Positions 61,631 to 64,000 of a stretch of DNA of 64,000 nt are shown here, in pieces (positions within the stretch are counted from its first letter, which is position 1; each line of letters begins with the position of its first letter). A model generated the notes under the pieces. That model saw only the letters and a program-made list of their open reading frames with translations. It did no database searches and was not told the origin of the DNA. This stretch comes from Candidatus Sericytochromatia bacterium (GTDB lineage Bacteria > Cyanobacteriota > Sericytochromatia > S15B-MN24 > JAQBPE01): contig JAYKHR010000045.1 of the NCBI GenBank assembly GCA_035285125.1, positions 110,412-174,411 on the forward strand, read 5' to 3'. The position numbers and the translations under genes are program-made.

Positions 61631-63238
61631 ATGCGCTCGCTTGCGCTCAAGATTGCCCTGACCTTGCCCCTGCTGCTGGCCGGCACGGCTGCACCCGCGG
61701 CGGCCTATTACCCTGACGAGCACGTCTGGGACCGCGAGTATCAGTCCGGCGCGGAGTGGGGCTACCCGCGAACCCGGCGCCCCGTGCCCTGGCTGCCCGC
61801 GGCGGGCTCGGGCTGGGGCTGGCAGGGCTGGCAGCAGGGCCACGCCCCGCGCGCGCAGCAGGCCTACACGGGCTTCACGCCGGCCTCGGGCTACATCCCC
61901 ATGTCTCAGGACTGGGCCTACCGCATCCAGGGTGACCAGCCCTGGGACCAGTCGGCCTGGAACGTGGCCTGGTGGAACCCCGCGGCTCCGATGATGACGA
62001 ACGCGCGCTACCGGTCCTCCGTCTACGACAGCGCCACCAACCCCTACTCGAACCAGATGCTCAACCGTGACCTGGCCCACGCTGCGGCCCTGGGCGACGT
62101 GGAGCGTGTCCGGACGCTGGTCTCCCACGGCGGTGACCTGAATGCCCGGGACTGGGAGGGCTACACGCCCCTCACGTGGGCCGCCCAGCACGGGCGTCGC
62201 GCCGTCGTCGAGTACCTCGTGACGCGTTACGCCCAGCCCAACGTCGTCGATCGCTGGGGCTACACGCCCCTGATGTGGGCCCTCCAGCAGGGCCACACCG
62301 ACGTCGCGGCGGTGCTGCTCCAGCACGGCGCCAACCCGCGGGTGGCAAGCGCCTTCGGCGTGACGCCCCTCGTGCTGGCCTCCTATGCCGCCAACGGCGC
62401 CTCCCGGCCCCTGGTCGAGGAGGCCCTCGCCGGTCGCCCGATCCGCGCCACGGACTGGTTCCGGACCGCCACGGCCGCGCAGCCTGGGATGATGTCGGCC
62501 CAGCCGCCTGTGCTCCTGCCGGGCGCCGCGGCCGCGCCCCAGCCCGCGCCTGGGTTGACGGTGCCGGGGGCGGCGCAGGGCGTGGTGACGCCCAGCATGA
62601 CCCTCAACGCCCCCACCCTGCCTGCCTATGCCCAGGGGGCCCTGCCCTCCACCGTCACCGTGACTGCCCCGAGCGCCGCACAGCTGCTCCAAGGACAGGT
62701 GCAGCCGGGCATCACCTACAGCGCGCAGCCGCAGCCCGGCCAGACCTACGGCGCACAGCCGCAGCCGGGCTTGCCGGCCGCTCCGATGGGGCCTGGACCC
62801 ACGATGTCCGTCAGCCAGCCCTCGGTGGCCGGGGCGCTGGAGCCCGAACCACTCTCTCTCGTGTCCACCGGCGTCGGGCAATCCGCCGGCGTCCTGGAGC
62901 CTCTGCCTGGTCGCGGGAGGCTCGACGGCGCGGCTGCGATCGCGGCCAACCCGAACCTCGGCTGGCGTCGGATCGCCGACATCGCCGGGCATTTCGGCAC
63001 CTCCTACCACCAGTTCGTGCTGGAGAACAACCAGCTGCCGCCAGCCGAGGCCGCGGCGGACCCCGACGTCACGATCGGCAAGTCGCTGGGCACCACCCTC
63101 TCGCGGGTGCTGCAGTCGCGCGACCTCGCGCGGGCGCGGCACGAGGTGGAGGACGTGCGGCTCACCGCACCCACGAGCAGCCGCTTCAAGGCGCACCTGG
63201 CGGTCCTCGATGAGACGCTCCGCGCCATGGGCCATTAG
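61631..63238 (+). CDS. Secreted ankyrin-repeat protein with a Trp/Tyr-rich N-terminal region and a Gln/Pro-rich C-terminal region
   Basis: 535 aa. GGAGG lies upstream of the ATG. Signal MRSLALKIALTLPLLLAGTAAPAAA. Ankyrin repeats LAHAAALGDVERVRTLVSHGGDLNARDWEGYTPLTWAAQHGRRAVVEYLV...RWGYTPLMWALQQGHTDVAAVLLQHGANP. Short repeats YSAQPQPGQTYGAQPQPG. Confidence 0.85.
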   Translation: MRSLALKIALTLPLLLAGTAAPAAAYYPDEHVWDREYQSGAEWGYPRTRRPVPWLPAAGSGWGWQGWQQGHAPRAQQAYTGFTPASGYIPMSQDWAYRIQGDQPWDQSAWNVAWWNPAAPMMTNARYRSSVYDSATNPYSNQMLNRDLAHAAALGDVERVRTLVSHGGDLNARDWEGYTPLTWAAQHGRRAVVEYLVTRYAQPNVVDRWGYTPLMWALQQGHTDVAAVLLQHGANPRVASAFGVTPLVLASYAANGASRPLVEEALAGRPIRATDWFRTATAAQPGMMSAQPPVLLPGAAAAPQPAPGLTVPGAAQGVVTPSMTLNAPTLPAYAQGALPSTVTVTAPSAAQLLQGQVQPGITYSAQPQPGQTYGAQPQPGLPAAPMGPGPTMSVSQPSVAGALEPEPLSLVSTGVGQSAGVLEPLPGRGRLDGAAAIAANPNLGWRRIADIAGHFGTSYHQFVLENNQLPPAEAAADPDVTIGKSLGTTLSRVLQSRDLARARHEVEDVRLTAPTSSRFKAHLAVLDETLRAMGH

Positions 63239-63256
63239 GCCGGCGCTGGCGACGCG

Positions 63257-63898
63257 GTGCTGAGCCGGGGGCGCTCCCTGGCGGCCGAGTGCGGCGTCAT
63301 CTTCGCCACCTTCGCCCTCGGGGCCTTCCTGGCCCGGGCGTGGGTGGTGGAGGCGCGCTTCATCCCCTCTGGCTCGATGCGCCCCACGCTCGAGGTCGGG
63401 GACAGGCTGCTGGTCGACAAGCTCACGCCGTGCTGGCGCCTGCCTCGCCGCGGGGAGGTGGTGGTGTGTCGGCCCCCCGTGCCGCTGCCGGGCCTGGGGC
63501 CCGCCCTGGTCAAGCGCGTCGTGGGGCTGCCCGGGGAGCGGTTGCGGATCCGGGGCCAGCGCCTGTGGGTGAACGGCAGCCCCCTCGCCGAACCTTGGGG
63601 AGCCGCGCCGATCGGCTACCCCGAGCCAGACTGGGGGGCGCTCGGCATGCCGGGCGGGGTTGTGCCGCCGGATGCCCTGTTCGTGCTGGGCGACAACCGC
63701 GGTGACAGCACGGACAGCCACGTCTTCGGCCCCGTGCCCGTCACCTGCCTGATCGGTCGCGCGGTGCTGCGGGTCTGGCCCCTGGACCGCTTCGGGGCCC
63801 TCAGCCGGGGGCCGGCCGCGAGGGTGGCTGGCAGGGCACCTGGCAAGGTGCGCAGGATCCGCATCTCAGCTGGAAACCCCGGCGGCGCGCTGGTATGA
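63257..63898 (+). CDS. lepB: Signal peptidase I (S26 family)
   Basis: 213 aa. Catalytic-Ser box IPSGSMRPTL, Lys box VKRVVGLPGERL, and box E FVLGDNRGDSTDSHVFGPV. A single N-terminal TM segment (VIFATFALGAFLA). Confidence 0.92.
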   Translation: MLSRGRSLAAECGVIFATFALGAFLARAWVVEARFIPSGSMRPTLEVGDRLLVDKLTPCWRLPRRGEVVVCRPPVPLPGLGPALVKRVVGLPGERLRIRGQRLWVNGSPLAEPWGAAPIGYPEPDWGALGMPGGVVPPDALFVLGDNRGDSTDSHVFGPVPVTCLIGRAVLRVWPLDRFGALSRGPAARVAGRAPGKVRRIRISAGNPGGALV

Positions 63899-63936
63899 TG
63901 AGGCGCCCGGAGGCGGGTGCGACGGAGGAGCCAGGG

Positions 63937-64000
63937 TTGGGCCAAGCCAAGGGCCGGCTGTTCATCATCGGGGGCGAGGAGCGCAAGACCGCGCCAGAGC
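63937..64000 (+). CDS. 5' end (21 codons) of a possible cyanophycinase / peptidase S51-like gene, cut by the window edge
   Basis: GGAGGAG lies 6 nt upstream of TTG 63937. The translation LGQAKGRLFIIGGEERKTAPE resembles the G-x-L-x-I-I-G-G-x-E-D-K start of cyanophycinases. This is too short for a firm call. Confidence 0.3.
   Translation, partial: MGQAKGRLFIIGGEERKTAPE

Overview
High-GC (roughly 70% by eye) bacterial DNA. I recognise no rRNA, tRNA, CRISPR, transposase or integrase genes.

The dominant feature is structural. Positions 1..57868 form a perfect, spacer-less palindrome: x pairs with 57869-x, and the axis lies between 28934 and 28935. The window therefore holds only about 35 kb of unique information: one 28.9-kb gene set present twice in mirror orientation, plus 6.1 kb of non-duplicated flank (57869..64000) that continues the right arm.

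Gene content per arm, in left-arm order:
- the 3' end of a TonB_C-domain protein
- an RND efflux pair (adaptor plus AcrB-type permease)
- a GDPD phosphodiesterase
- a 637-aa lipoprotein
- an orphan polytopic histidine kinase, apparently frameshifted at a C8/G8 tract
- a frameshifted alpha-oxoamine-synthase / FemAB-GNAT-like fusion gene
- a class-A-beta-lactamase-fold serine hydrolase
- a DUF4332-like lipoprotein
- an NHL-repeat lipoprotein
- three co-directional secreted-protein genes, one a beta-propeller with a CXXCH haem-c motif
- a small stand-alone MshEN/T2SSE_N-like protein (putative c-di-GMP binder)
- an M16 peptidase pair (one with HxxEH, one without)
- a tandem array of three paralogous ~950-976-aa lipoproteins (octapeptide GGxLISDQ repeats, a beta-sandwich, and a double NHL-type propeller). 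The palindrome axis cuts the third paralog after 260 codons.

The unique flank carries one minus-strand operon: an ArsR-family regulator with a nested palindromic operator, a small ORF, a beta-carbonic anhydrase, a SulP anion transporter and the full-length TonB_C protein. It is followed by a secreted ankyrin-repeat protein, signal peptidase I, and the first 21 codons of a possible cyanophycinase.

The most likely reading of the palindrome is a fold-back library or assembly chimera. A genuine inverted duplication or a hairpin-ended replicon cannot be excluded from sequence alone.

Many very long ORFs in the track (1803, 1523, 1263, 1074 aa) are wrong-frame or antisense artefacts of the GC content.
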